Virus record (IMG/VR): IMGVR_UViG_3300031707_000006
Coordinates: 20,499 to 84,498 of that record
Strand: one strand, 5' to 3'
DNA: 64,000 nucleotides
DNA from: a virus
The notes under the pieces are model-generated. The model saw only the letters and a program-made list of their open reading frames with translations, was not told the origin of the DNA and made no database searches. Below, piece by piece: positions 36,051-45,114 of the stretch (position 1 is the first letter of the stretch; the number at the start of each line of letters is the position of its first letter). The translations under genes were made by a program, and so were the position numbers.

Positions 36051-37549
36051 TAGACGAAAAATATAAAAGTGGATTCGCAGGACTACTTGTAAATACAGGA
36101 GAAGCCCAGTTTATTACTGGAAGTCAGAATACAGTATATCCACAAGACATAGATAAGATGGATAGTATGGATATTAAGGAATATCGAGAGGTTGTGAAGA
36201 GTTGTAGATTCTTCTATAGGAAAGATCCTATCGCTGGAACCGTGATCGATAAGATGATTGATCTCGGAATCACAGATATCTATATTGAGAAAAATGGATT
36301 ATCCGAAAATGAATTCCGAATTTTCACTGGAATTAAACCAATATTGAAAAAACTTGCTGCCACTTGTGGTTTAGAATGGTTACTATCTGGTTTGGTTATT
36401 CCAGAAATTTCATATGGTGCAGCAACTAAGGATGTCTTAAAAGAAATGGGGGTTAAAAAATATGAAACTATGACCATTCCACAAGACTTCTGGTTAGTTC
36501 CTTCTGAAACAGTTAAAATTAATTCCGTGTTGTTAACTTCAACACCATCTTATTATATTGAAATTCCCGCAGAATTGATCCATTTTATCCAAACTGAGGG
36601 AACATACCCAGATAGTACAGAGGATAAACCAGCTTATGTAGCTTTAGCAGAAATGTTTCCCGAATTTGTGGCGGCAATTAAGGCAGGGAAACTTGAAATA
36701 CAGATTAAGAATCCATTAATTGTAAGACGTAGACCATTATCTGATTGCCCATATCCAACTCCGTATCTTTATAGATCATTAGAATCTATGAAAGAAAAAA
36801 GAAATCTAAAAAGAATGGACTATTCTCTTGTTTCTAGAGTGACTACTGCTATTGAACATGTTAAGGTCGGTGATAAGGATTTCCCTGCTGTAGAACAAGA
36901 CCAAGATCGTATTACTCATCTACAAAATCAACTCATCCATAGAAATTCTGGTAGAGTAGATATAGATAGGATCTTCCAGTTAGTTACTGATCACACTGTA
37001 TCAATCGAATGGGTTTTTCCAGATGTCCAGGCATTACTCGCGGATTCAAAATATATACCAGTGAATAATGATATCTTTTTTGGACTTGGCTTTCCTAAAA
37101 TTTTAACTACAGGAGAGACAGACCGCTCATCTGCCTCTGATCCAGAGTTTGCTACTATGTCACCAGTGAAAACTATGGAAGCAATGCAAGAAGATATTTT
37201 ACCTATTATTAAAGGAGTATTAAAAGAAGTATCTAATTATAATGGATTTAAGAGTGTACCTACTGCAAAATTTGATAATATTAACTTACATTCTTTTACT
37301 ACATTTGTAGAGGGCATGACTGCACTTTATAATACAGGTAACTTATCTAGAACAGATTATGCTGCTGCACTTGGTTATAATTGGCTTAACCAAATGGTAC
37401 AAAAATCAGATGAAAAGAAAGTTATGACAGAACTTGGTATAGAAGAATTCCCACAAGTGCCTTTCTCTCCACAACCAAATAACGATAAAAGTAAACAAAA
37501 TAGACCTCAAGAGAAAAAAGATATAACACAAAACGAAGAAAATAAGTGA
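36020..37549 (+). CDS. portal protein
   Basis: About 500 aa, follows terminase; FFYRKDPIAGTVID and IFFGLGFP segments. Confidence 0.75.
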   Translation: MDRKYRETTMIDEKYKSGFAGLLVNTGEAQFITGSQNTVYPQDIDKMDSMDIKEYREVVKSCRFFYRKDPIAGTVIDKMIDLGITDIYIEKNGLSENEFRIFTGIKPILKKLAATCGLEWLLSGLVIPEISYGAATKDVLKEMGVKKYETMTIPQDFWLVPSETVKINSVLLTSTPSYYIEIPAELIHFIQTEGTYPDSTEDKPAYVALAEMFPEFVAAIKAGKLEIQIKNPLIVRRRPLSDCPYPTPYLYRSLESMKEKRNLKRMDYSLVSRVTTAIEHVKVGDKDFPAVEQDQDRITHLQNQLIHRNSGRVDIDRIFQLVTDHTVSIEWVFPDVQALLADSKYIPVNNDIFFGLGFPKILTTGETDRSSASDPEFATMSPVKTMEAMQEDILPIIKGVLKEVSNYNGFKSVPTAKFDNINLHSFTTFVEGMTALYNTGNLSRTDYAAALGYNWLNQMVQKSDEKKVMTELGIEEFPQVPFSPQPNNDKSKQNRPQEKKDITQNEENK

Positions 37550-37602
37550 TTAATCTTGCAATATCTCTTGTAATAGACCAATTATCCACAAGTTTTTAGT
37601 GT

Positions 37603-37615
37603 GATGTGGTATACT
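37603..37615 (+). promoter_or_regulatory. extended -10 promoter upstream of head genes
   Basis: TGTGG-TATACT in intergenic gap; no clear -35. Confidence 0.5.
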
Positions 37616-37663
37616 AATAATAGAAACTGAGATCCCCAGGAAGATCTTACAGAGAAAAACTTT

Positions 37664-38653
37664 ATGGAAGATAAACTAATTTATTTAACTTCGGATTTTG
37701 AGTTAGTTGAGGCGACTGCCGAGACTGAAGCTTCTGCATCTGCTATTTCTCTAAATCCATATGTATCTTGGGCTAAATTTGTCTTTACAGATGATTTACC
37801 CAATGCTAACAATCAACGCATTCCAAAAGAAGAGTTTCCAAGCATAATTAAAACTGGTGTACATATGCCGATTAAAATGGCTATCGGGAAGATTAACGAA
37901 GATCATTCTTTAGCTATTCCATTAGGCACAATCGCACAACTAAAAGTAGAAGGAAATAAAGTCCTTGGTCTTGCTGCACTTTGGATGAAAGAAAGACCAG
38001 AAGATGTTGAAATGCTTAAAAATAAAGAATCCAAACCACAATTATCGTGGGAGGTTCTTTATTCAGGCGCTGAGAAAGATGACGCTGGTATTGAAACATT
38101 ATCTGGAGTGGTAGTAAGAGCATCTACGATAGTTGGCTTGCCTGCTTATAGAGGCAGAACACCCTTTTTAGCCTTTGCTTCGGAAGATGCGGAGGAAAAT
38201 AAAGTGACAATGGAAGAGTTATTGGCTAAAATAGCCGATCTTGAAAATACAATTAAACAACTACAGGCATCTATCGTTGAGAAAGACTCAGCACTTGCGG
38301 AAAAAGAAACTGCTTTATCTTCACAGATTGATGAACTAACTCAGTTAAAATCATATAAAGAAGAAAAAGAAAAGAAAGAGCAAGAAGAAGTAAAGATGGT
38401 TGCAATTAGAACCAAATTTGCGGATGCTGGTATTGAAAAAGACGAAACATACTTTACAGAAAGACGTGAAAATTTCTTAAAACTAGAAGATTCAGAAATT
38501 GAATTTATGGTTCAGGAATTGGTTGCTTTTAAACCAGCAATAGCTGGAGAAAGTTCTGCTAAAGTACCTAATCTAACATCTGTTGCTCAGATTCCAAGTG
38601 ATCCTAGAGAACTTGGTAAACTATTAAGAGAACAAGTTAGTATCAAATCATAA
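37664..38653 (+). CDS. prohead protease/scaffold protein
   Basis: PNANNQRI, H, LSWE and PAY motifs followed by long coiled-coil; position between portal and capsid. Confidence 0.7.
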   Translation: MEDKLIYLTSDFELVEATAETEASASAISLNPYVSWAKFVFTDDLPNANNQRIPKEEFPSIIKTGVHMPIKMAIGKINEDHSLAIPLGTIAQLKVEGNKVLGLAALWMKERPEDVEMLKNKESKPQLSWEVLYSGAEKDDAGIETLSGVVVRASTIVGLPAYRGRTPFLAFASEDAEENKVTMEELLAKIADLENTIKQLQASIVEKDSALAEKETALSSQIDELTQLKSYKEEKEKKEQEEVKMVAIRTKFADAGIEKDETYFTERRENFLKLEDSEIEFMVQELVAFKPAIAGESSAKVPNLTSVAQIPSDPRELGKLLREQVSIKS

Positions 38654-38667
38654 CGGAGATAAGAAAC

Positions 38668-39246
38668 ATGGAAATAAATGTTTATGGGGACACAATTCTA
38701 CCCGCTGTAGCGGCAGAAACGTTATACGAAGGTAGAATGGCTCGCCTATGCACACATTCCACTGATTATGATTTTGGAAGTTTACTAGATCTCCCTGGGG
38801 CCGAACTACCTGACAATGCTGCGGAAGCACTTACTGCCAGATATGTTATTGCCTGGGCGGAAGATAATCGTAGCCTTCCAATTTATACTCCACAACCTCA
38901 CTATGATTGGGCATTACGTGAAGGTTGGGATCAGACTGAGAATGTACCCTTCGATGCAACTGTATGGTTAGACCATCCAGCTAATATGTACACACCTCCA
39001 AGCATTGCTTCTGGTACTGGTGTTAGACTATTAGGCGAAGGTATCTATACAATTCCATCTGGCGTTTATATGTATAACGTTTTGATGGAAACCCCCGGTA
39101 CACAACTGACTGTTGCCAGTACAGATGTGAACGGTGCAGGTAACGCCGGTAAACTAAAATATTTAGATGGAACTACAGGAATTGTAGCTGAAGTTTATAA
39201 ATATAATAGTACTAACGGTGATTTAACCTTTAAGATCTTACACTAA
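38668..39246 (+). CDS. probable capsid decoration/cement protein
   Basis: Small beta-rich protein immediately upstream of the major capsid gene. Confidence 0.55.
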   Translation: MEINVYGDTILPAVAAETLYEGRMARLCTHSTDYDFGSLLDLPGAELPDNAAEALTARYVIAWAEDNRSLPIYTPQPHYDWALREGWDQTENVPFDATVWLDHPANMYTPPSIASGTGVRLLGEGIYTIPSGVYMYNVLMETPGTQLTVASTDVNGAGNAGKLKYLDGTTGIVAEVYKYNSTNGDLTFKILH

Positions 39247-39259
39247 AATGGAGGCTAAT

Positions 39260-40180
39260 ATGGTAGATCAAAAACAACTTTACGAAGCTGCTGCCTCCTT
39301 GATGAAAGATAAGGCAAAAAGAGAAGCATTTGCTGCAATGTTGGTAGAATTTGTACAGCCCAATCACATTGTACCAGATTTTGTCAGTATGCTTCTAGAT
39401 ACGAGAGCATTACAACCCGGTGACTCTCTAGTCAAGAAATTACGCACAGGCATTACCGTTAGAACGCTAGTCCCTGGCACTATTCCACTAGCTAGTGAAG
39501 TAGTCGTGCGCGATAGAATGAACTATGTGCTTGATCAAGCAGTAGTTAAAATTAGAGCCTCACAGTGGGATCTAGATAATGGTGATATTGGTACAGTAGC
39601 CAGCCTCAGAGCTGAGATGATGGCTAAACTAAGAGACTATTATCAGAACAAAGTTTTTTCTGCACTAGGTTCTGTATGGAGTGCAGTTAATACTCCTCTC
39701 AACTATATTAGTGTTGGCGGGCCTATTACTGCTACCGTACTAAAAGCCGGTATTGACTACATCACAAGAATTTGTGGTGGAGTTAAAGCAGTGGTTGGTG
39801 TCAAAGCGGTAATGAACCCTATTACTGAATTTGGTGCTTTCTGGACTGATCCTAGTTCTGGTGCAACTGGTGTTAGTGATCCCGCCCTCGAAGAGATTAG
39901 AACTTCAGGGAAATTAGGTGTATTCTACGGTGCTCCTTTGGTTGGTCTTGAGCAAGTATGGGATAACCCAACGGATTATAATACTCTATTACCAGAAACT
40001 AAGATTGTGATCATTGGTAAGAATGTCGGTGACTTTATTACCTTTGGGCCAGAGAAATCTCAGGAATATACAGATATGAGATTAGTTCCCCCAGATTGGT
40101 TCTTAGCTATTTATCAACAATTCGGTTTATTAATTTGGCGTGCCGAAGGCATTTATGTGATCGATAACGTTACTAGTTAA
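39260..40180 (+). CDS. major capsid protein
   Basis: About 306 aa, GGAGG RBS before ATG 39260, GKLGVFYGAPLV segment, followed by a terminator. Confidence 0.8.
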   Translation: MVDQKQLYEAAASLMKDKAKREAFAAMLVEFVQPNHIVPDFVSMLLDTRALQPGDSLVKKLRTGITVRTLVPGTIPLASEVVVRDRMNYVLDQAVVKIRASQWDLDNGDIGTVASLRAEMMAKLRDYYQNKVFSALGSVWSAVNTPLNYISVGGPITATVLKAGIDYITRICGGVKAVVGVKAVMNPITEFGAFWTDPSSGATGVSDPALEEIRTSGKLGVFYGAPLVGLEQVWDNPTDYNTLLPETKIVIIGKNVGDFITFGPEKSQEYTDMRLVPPDWFLAIYQQFGLLIWRAEGIYVIDNVTS

Positions 40181-40185
40181 CATAT

Positions 40186-40225
40186 AAATAAAGGGGTTAT
40201 ATGATAATACTATAACCCCTTATTT
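40186..40225 (+). terminator. intrinsic terminator after capsid gene
   Basis: AAGGGGTTATA...TATAACCCCTT stem then ATTT. Confidence 0.75.
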
Positions 40226-40242
40226 ACATTTAGGAGAATAAT

Positions 40243-40533
40243 ATGGCTTTAGCACAATACTTATCATTTCTTCCCTACGTAGTTGTATCTAAGCCTTGGA
40301 CTACGGCTCAAGCTGCTATAGACGACTTTAATACTCAATGGAAAATCGAATTCCCTGTTGGTATGGCCTTCTACATTACTGGTTGGGAGGGGCCAAGTGA
40401 CCCAGATGACTATGGGTATTTAGCCATAGAGGATGGGGTTGCCACCTTTGGTGCAGATTTTATCACCTCACCTCCAGTTGGTACTGTGGTATTCATAGTA
40501 GATTTTGATGCTTATGCAGATCGTTGGGAGTAA
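40243..40533 (+). CDS. hypothetical virion-associated protein
   Basis: 96-aa ORF with AGGAG RBS. Confidence 0.6.
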   Translation: MALAQYLSFLPYVVVSKPWTTAQAAIDDFNTQWKIEFPVGMAFYITGWEGPSDPDDYGYLAIEDGVATFGADFITSPPVGTVVFIVDFDAYADRWE

Positions 40534-40592
40534 ATTTTTATTTTATATAATAAGTTAAATTAGGTTAGGATAATAAAAGGAATGGAGAAAAA

Positions 40593-41120
40593 ATGAGTGA
40601 ATTTAATAAAGAACTTTATGCTGCTGTACAATTAGAGAAACCTTATAAGTCCTATATTAAAACAATATTAGGTCAGATATACATTACGATTTTAAACCCC
40701 TTCAATGAGGAGGAGATTACGGGGTTAATCTTAAAGGGGAATCAAAGAAGAGAAAAAGATAAAGAAGCTTGTATTATAGATGTTTGGTCTGAAGTACAGG
40801 ATCGTTTCTTTAAAAAAATGAATAAAAGGCACTTTGAGAATAGAAGATTAATTCCTTATCAAAGAACAGAAACAGAGCAAATCGTAGAGAGAACCTTTGC
40901 TGACTATTCCGATATCGAACTTTTAGCAATATTCAAACAACCTTTTGCTCAATTTCAAAAGACAATTAATCAAATTGAATTGCCTGCGGTATTAGCAGCA
41001 ATGATTGAACTAGCAGAGAATGAAGGTAAGATCTCTAAACGCATATTTACAGTATTAGAGAGTAAATTATCTGAACTGCAAAAAGCAACTTACACGACTC
41101 CTGATCTGGAACAAGATTAG
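40593..41120 (+). CDS. hypothetical protein
   Basis: 175-aa ORF with GGAG RBS. Confidence 0.65.
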   Translation: MSEFNKELYAAVQLEKPYKSYIKTILGQIYITILNPFNEEEITGLILKGNQRREKDKEACIIDVWSEVQDRFFKKMNKRHFENRRLIPYQRTETEQIVERTFADYSDIELLAIFKQPFAQFQKTINQIELPAVLAAMIELAENEGKISKRIFTVLESKLSELQKATYTTPDLEQD

Positions 41121-41129
41121 GAGTTAACT

Positions 41130-41273
41130 ATGAAAAAACTCTTGTGGAATTTATCTGTAAGATTTAATGACTGGTTTAGAGTTTTTTATAGAAAAATTAA
41201 ACCAGCAAAAAAGAATCATACATTATCCATTGATAATCTAGAGATAGATATTAATATGATACTTGGGAGATAA
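41130..41273 (+). CDS. 47-aa peptide
   Basis: AGGAG RBS, MKKLLWNLSVRFNDWF...MILGR. Confidence 0.45.
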   Translation: MKKLLWNLSVRFNDWFRVFYRKIKPAKKNHTLSIDNLEIDINMILGR

Positions 41274-41276
41274 TTT

Positions 41277-41645
41277 ATGGCAAAATTAGTCCATAATGAT
41301 GTTTTAGATGGTGCTCTTAATATTATTAAAGCTAACTGTAATATCATGACGGTTTGTAATGCACAACCTACTACTAGAGATGAAGCAATCACTACTTATA
41401 AGTTAGCGGATGTCGCAATGGCGACTGGTGATTTTACTCTTAGTGTTGGCGATACAAATGGTAGAAAAATGGCAGTAGCACAAAAAGCTGCTGTAGCAGT
41501 TGATTCAGGTGGAACAGCAAATCATGTTGCGCTTTGTGATGCTACTAGATTATTGGCAGTAACTACTTGTACTTCACAGGTATTAACAGCAGGAAATACT
41601 GTTACATTCCCAACTTGGGATCATGAAATTGCCGATCCCGTGTGA
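41277..41645 (+). CDS. small virion structural protein (beta-sandwich-like)
   Basis: MAKLVHNDVLDGAL...SGGTANHVAL...GNTVTFPTWDHEIADPV. Confidence 0.65.
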   Translation: MAKLVHNDVLDGALNIIKANCNIMTVCNAQPTTRDEAITTYKLADVAMATGDFTLSVGDTNGRKMAVAQKAAVAVDSGGTANHVALCDATRLLAVTTCTSQVLTAGNTVTFPTWDHEIADPV

Positions 41646-41651
41646 AATTCA

Positions 41652-41756
41652 ATGGAATATAAATCCTTAAATATTTCTGGTATATATCAAATAAGAAACA
41701 CTAAAAATAATCATATCTATATTGGAAGTGCCAAGAATATACGTATTCGTTCGTGA
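41652..41756 (+). pseudogene. truncated GIY-YIG endonuclease
   Basis: MEYKSLNISGIYQIRNTKNNHIYIGSAKNIRIRS-stop. Confidence 0.75.
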
Positions 41757-41832
41757 TTCAATGAAAATAGCACGTTCTATACGATTTTGGTCTACCAAAA
41801 TGGTAGCCGATCCCACGTAAGGAGAATATAAA

Positions 41833-42261
41833 ATGGCAATTTATTCAGCAGCGCAAAGAACTTCAACTTTTACTATTAATGTTGGTTGTTGGGAATTACG
41901 TACCACAGCAACTGACCGACCGCGTGTTATGGAGATGGGATTTTTCTCTGCCACTGCTACAGTACAAACTATTGGTATTGGCAGACCGGCAGCGATTGGT
42001 ATTACTCCAGCGGGTGGGGTCACTGTGCAAGCAGAAGACCCCGGTGATCCTGCCGGTACAGTAGTTACCGCGTTATCGTGGGCAACACCTCCTACCGCGC
42101 CAACCGTGTTTCTGCGGCGTTATCCCCTGGCCGGGACTGTAGGAGTTGGGTTTATTGCTACCTTTCCCAATGGATTGGTAATTCCAATTTCCTATGGACT
42201 GGTATTCAACAATATTACCGTTTCAGTAGCAAGCGATGTTCACTGCGTCCTCGATGAGTGA
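41833..42261 (+). CDS. hypothetical structural protein
   Basis: 142-aa T/A/G-rich ORF with AAGGAG RBS. Confidence 0.65.
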   Translation: MAIYSAAQRTSTFTINVGCWELRTTATDRPRVMEMGFFSATATVQTIGIGRPAAIGITPAGGVTVQAEDPGDPAGTVVTALSWATPPTAPTVFLRRYPLAGTVGVGFIATFPNGLVIPISYGLVFNNITVSVASDVHCVLDE

Positions 42262-42264
42262 TCC

Positions 42265-42480
42265 ATGCAATGGGATAACGATAAGAAAAGCGCCCCGAAA
42301 GAACTCGTGTGCGGGCACTGTATGCGTTTATTCCAGGTTGATGATTTGACTTGGAGCGCTGCGGAGCATCGTGTATGCCCATACTGTAAACGTACAGATG
42401 CGATAACACCCATATTGGATGTTCGTATTGGTGCTAAACGCATGGTAAATTATTCTATTGCATATCATCCAAAGAGATAG
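42265..42480 (+). CDS. small zinc-ribbon protein
   Basis: CGHC...CPYC. Confidence 0.55.
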   Translation: MQWDNDKKSAPKELVCGHCMRLFQVDDLTWSAAEHRVCPYCKRTDAITPILDVRIGAKRMVNYSIAYHPKR

Positions 42481-42483
42481 CAA

Positions 42484-42978
42484 ATGGCAACCTCACTCAA
42501 TAGATTTTTTGATGGCGTACAAACTCATCCTGCGATGGGGTCAATGAGTTGGTTTAGCAATGTTTTATATCCTTTGGATAATGATGATCGCAGTCGCAGA
42601 GATTTACGAGTAAGATCATTGTGGAAACGAAATCAACCTGCTCCTAAATGGCCTTGGAGCAGAAGTCAATTTCTGGCTGAATCGTCTGACTTTGGTGTTT
42701 GGCGTACTCAATGGTGGGGTAATGCGCGCTGGAGACATGGGGCAAACTCGCGTTTTCGCATCGATGGTATTACTCGTGATCCTTATGGTACACCTATGCC
42801 CGGATGTGTTGTATTGTGTTTAGGTCAAGTAGCAGGTGATATAGTTTATACAACAATTTCAGATGCGAATGGGGCATACAGTGTTTATACTCCTTATTAT
42901 GGGGCAGCGAATATCGTTGTGAGCTATAAGGCTGTTCCAGATATTGCAGGGGCAGTGATTAATGTACAAGGAATTTAA
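42484..42978 (+). CDS. protein with C-terminal carboxypeptidase-regulatory/Ig-like domain
   Basis: IDGITRDPYGTPMPGCVV...TTISDANGAY. Confidence 0.6.
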   Translation: MATSLNRFFDGVQTHPAMGSMSWFSNVLYPLDNDDRSRRDLRVRSLWKRNQPAPKWPWSRSQFLAESSDFGVWRTQWWGNARWRHGANSRFRIDGITRDPYGTPMPGCVVLCLGQVAGDIVYTTISDANGAYSVYTPYYGAANIVVSYKAVPDIAGAVINVQGI

Positions 42979-42980
42979 TA

Positions 42981-44312
42981 GTGCCAGATGTTAAACTGTA
43001 TTCCAGTCCTGCAATTCCGAATGAAATTCGGCAATATCGAGATACAGGTTGGATTTGGGATGTTACTTTACTTCGTGTATTAGGTAATAATGATGTAATA
43101 ATGATTCGTCGGATGTTTACTCCGATTATTCTAGAAACATCAATAAATCTTATTATTAGTGAATTACTATATTTCTACATTCTTGATCCAATAACTTTAA
43201 TACAACTACATAATTTAATAATTGATACATTAGATCACAGCGAAGTTTTAGATTCTATTCTACTTTCACAAATACATAGTCTTGTAGTAAATGAATTACT
43301 AGATGCATTTTCTATAGATAACATTACTTTAACACAGTTATCTTTATTAATAATAAATGAACTTTTACATTCAGAAACTTTAGATAATTTAGTATTAACT
43401 CAAGCACATAGTTTACTTATTGCTGCATTAGATCATAGTGAAACATTAGATAATTTAACATTAACTCAAGTACATAATATTATTGTAAACGAACTTTTAC
43501 ATAACTATACCATAGATTTATTATTACTATCTCAAGCACATCAACTTGTTGTAAATGAACTTTTACATATATTTACTTTAGACAGTACAAATCTAACACA
43601 AAATCATATCCTGATTGTTAATGATTTAACGCAACAAGAATTATTAGATACAATAAATCTTTTACAAAACCATGTACTGCTGATTAATGAGTTATTAGAA
43701 TCATCTACATTAGATAATCTTACACTAGTACAAAGTTTATTATTAATTGTAAATAATTTATTACATACTCTTTCTATAGAAAATATATCACTATCACAAG
43801 TACATAATTTAAATATCTCAGATATAGTACAAAATTTTTCTATAGATACTTTAAATCTACTTCTTAATCTTCTATTAGTAATTCAAGATTTAACTAATAC
43901 AGAAACTATTGATGGACTTATTCTAGTACAGAATATACAACTTGTACTAAATAAATTACAACATTTATATTCAATAGACAAATTCACTCTATCTCAAGAT
44001 TATGTATTAGCAGTTCAAAAATTAATAAATGATTATCAGTTAGACAATATAACTTTTAATGTACTTATATTATTAATAATTCAAAATATATTAAATCAAC
44101 AAATCCTTGATAATGTCTCCCTTGATTTCTTTATCTCAATAAAACAAAATATTCAAAAGATTATATCAGTACAAAGTAAAACACAAAACATAATATTAAA
44201 ACAAGAAACTATGCAAAGAATTATTAATAAAGTATCAAAAGATAATGTGACAAGGGACATAAAAAAAATAAGGACTAGAATAACTAAAAAATTAAGGATA
44301 AATAAAGCATGA
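42981..44312 (+). CDS. 22-residue tandem-repeat protein
   Basis: About 15 repeats of Q.H.L.VNELLH...LDN.TL., basic C-terminal tail. Confidence 0.75.
   Translation: MPDVKLYSSPAIPNEIRQYRDTGWIWDVTLLRVLGNNDVIMIRRMFTPIILETSINLIISELLYFYILDPITLIQLHNLIIDTLDHSEVLDSILLSQIHSLVVNELLDAFSIDNITLTQLSLLIINELLHSETLDNLVLTQAHSLLIAALDHSETLDNLTLTQVHNIIVNELLHNYTIDLLLLSQAHQLVVNELLHIFTLDSTNLTQNHILIVNDLTQQELLDTINLLQNHVLLINELLESSTLDNLTLVQSLLLIVNNLLHTLSIENISLSQVHNLNISDIVQNFSIDTLNLLLNLLLVIQDLTNTETIDGLILVQNIQLVLNKLQHLYSIDKFTLSQDYVLAVQKLINDYQLDNITFNVLILLIIQNILNQQILDNVSLDFFISIKQNIQKIISVQSKTQNIILKQETMQRIINKVSKDNVTRDIKKIRTRITKKLRINKA
43140..44125 (+). repeat. degenerate 66-bp coding tandem repeat
   Basis: e.g. QIHSLVVNELLDAFSIDNITLT, QAHSLLIAALDHSETLDNLTLT, QVHNIIVNELLHNYTIDLLLLS; boundaries approximate. 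Confidence 0.8.
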
Positions 44313-44611
44313 GTATTCAAGTAGGAAATTATGGTTTTATATTTGAAGAAACAATTGTAGACGAAGACGGACTTCCTATAAATCTATCTGCCGCCACTTG
44401 TATCTGCTTTACTTTTGAAAAACCAGATGGTACAGAAATACTTTGTTCAGGAACATTTTCCACAAATGGTATAGACGGTAAAGTAAGATATGTAGTAGAA
44501 AATACATTGTTTACTGTTGCTGGTGTGTGGCAATATCAAATGAGCGTAATTACGTCCGCTAGAAATTGGAAGACAGAAATTGCTAGTTTCTTTGTAGAGG
44601 AATTAATATGA
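44309..44611 (+). CDS. BppU-N-like Ig-fold structural protein
   Basis: PINLSAAT...FEKPDG...GKVRY...AGVWQYQ. Confidence 0.65.
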   Translation: MSIQVGNYGFIFEETIVDEDGLPINLSAATCICFTFEKPDGTEILCSGTFSTNGIDGKVRYVVENTLFTVAGVWQYQMSVITSARNWKTEIASFFVEELI

Positions 44612-45114
44612 CATTATCAGTAGCACCAGATTATCTAATTCCTTCTTTCAGAATTAGATTAGGAGATCTTGATTCTACTGCTTATCGGTATTTAGATGAG
44701 TGGTTAAAAACTGCTTTAATCCTTGCTGTAAAAGGTTTAAGTAAATATTGGAACTATAGATATTTAATTGATAATTCAAATAGAGTTTATAGAAATCCAC
44801 ATCAAAGTTTCTTATTTGCAGAACCACCCGTAATACAAAATGCTGACGAAGATCTTATTATCTTAATGGCAAATATTATTCTCTTGGAAGGAAGTTTGGA
44901 GAATAGCGCCTGGAGTGCTACAAGTTGGAGAGATGCTGAAATCGCATTTAGTAATCTGGAACAATTCAGAACAAGAGATAGTTCACTTACTCGATTGATT
45001 AATGAATTAAATAGTAAAATACTCCCACCTACTAAGAGATTAGCATGGGCAGTAAAACAAAGTTTACCAGGATTTCAAAAAAATCAATACGAAAGAATAG
45101 ACGAAACGGCTTAA
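44608..45114 (+). CDS. putative head-tail adaptor
   Basis: LIPSFRIRLGD...YLDEWL helical pattern; position. Confidence 0.55.
   Translation: MTLSVAPDYLIPSFRIRLGDLDSTAYRYLDEWLKTALILAVKGLSKYWNYRYLIDNSNRVYRNPHQSFLFAEPPVIQNADEDLIILMANIILLEGSLENSAWSATSWRDAEIAFSNLEQFRTRDSSLTRLINELNSKILPPTKRLAWAVKQSLPGFQKNQYERIDETA

Noticed and set aside
43140-44125. CRISPR array or DGR template for the periodic AT-rich region
   Set aside because: Periodicity is a degenerate 66-bp coding repeat; no identical repeats with spacers and no cas or reverse transcriptase gene in the window
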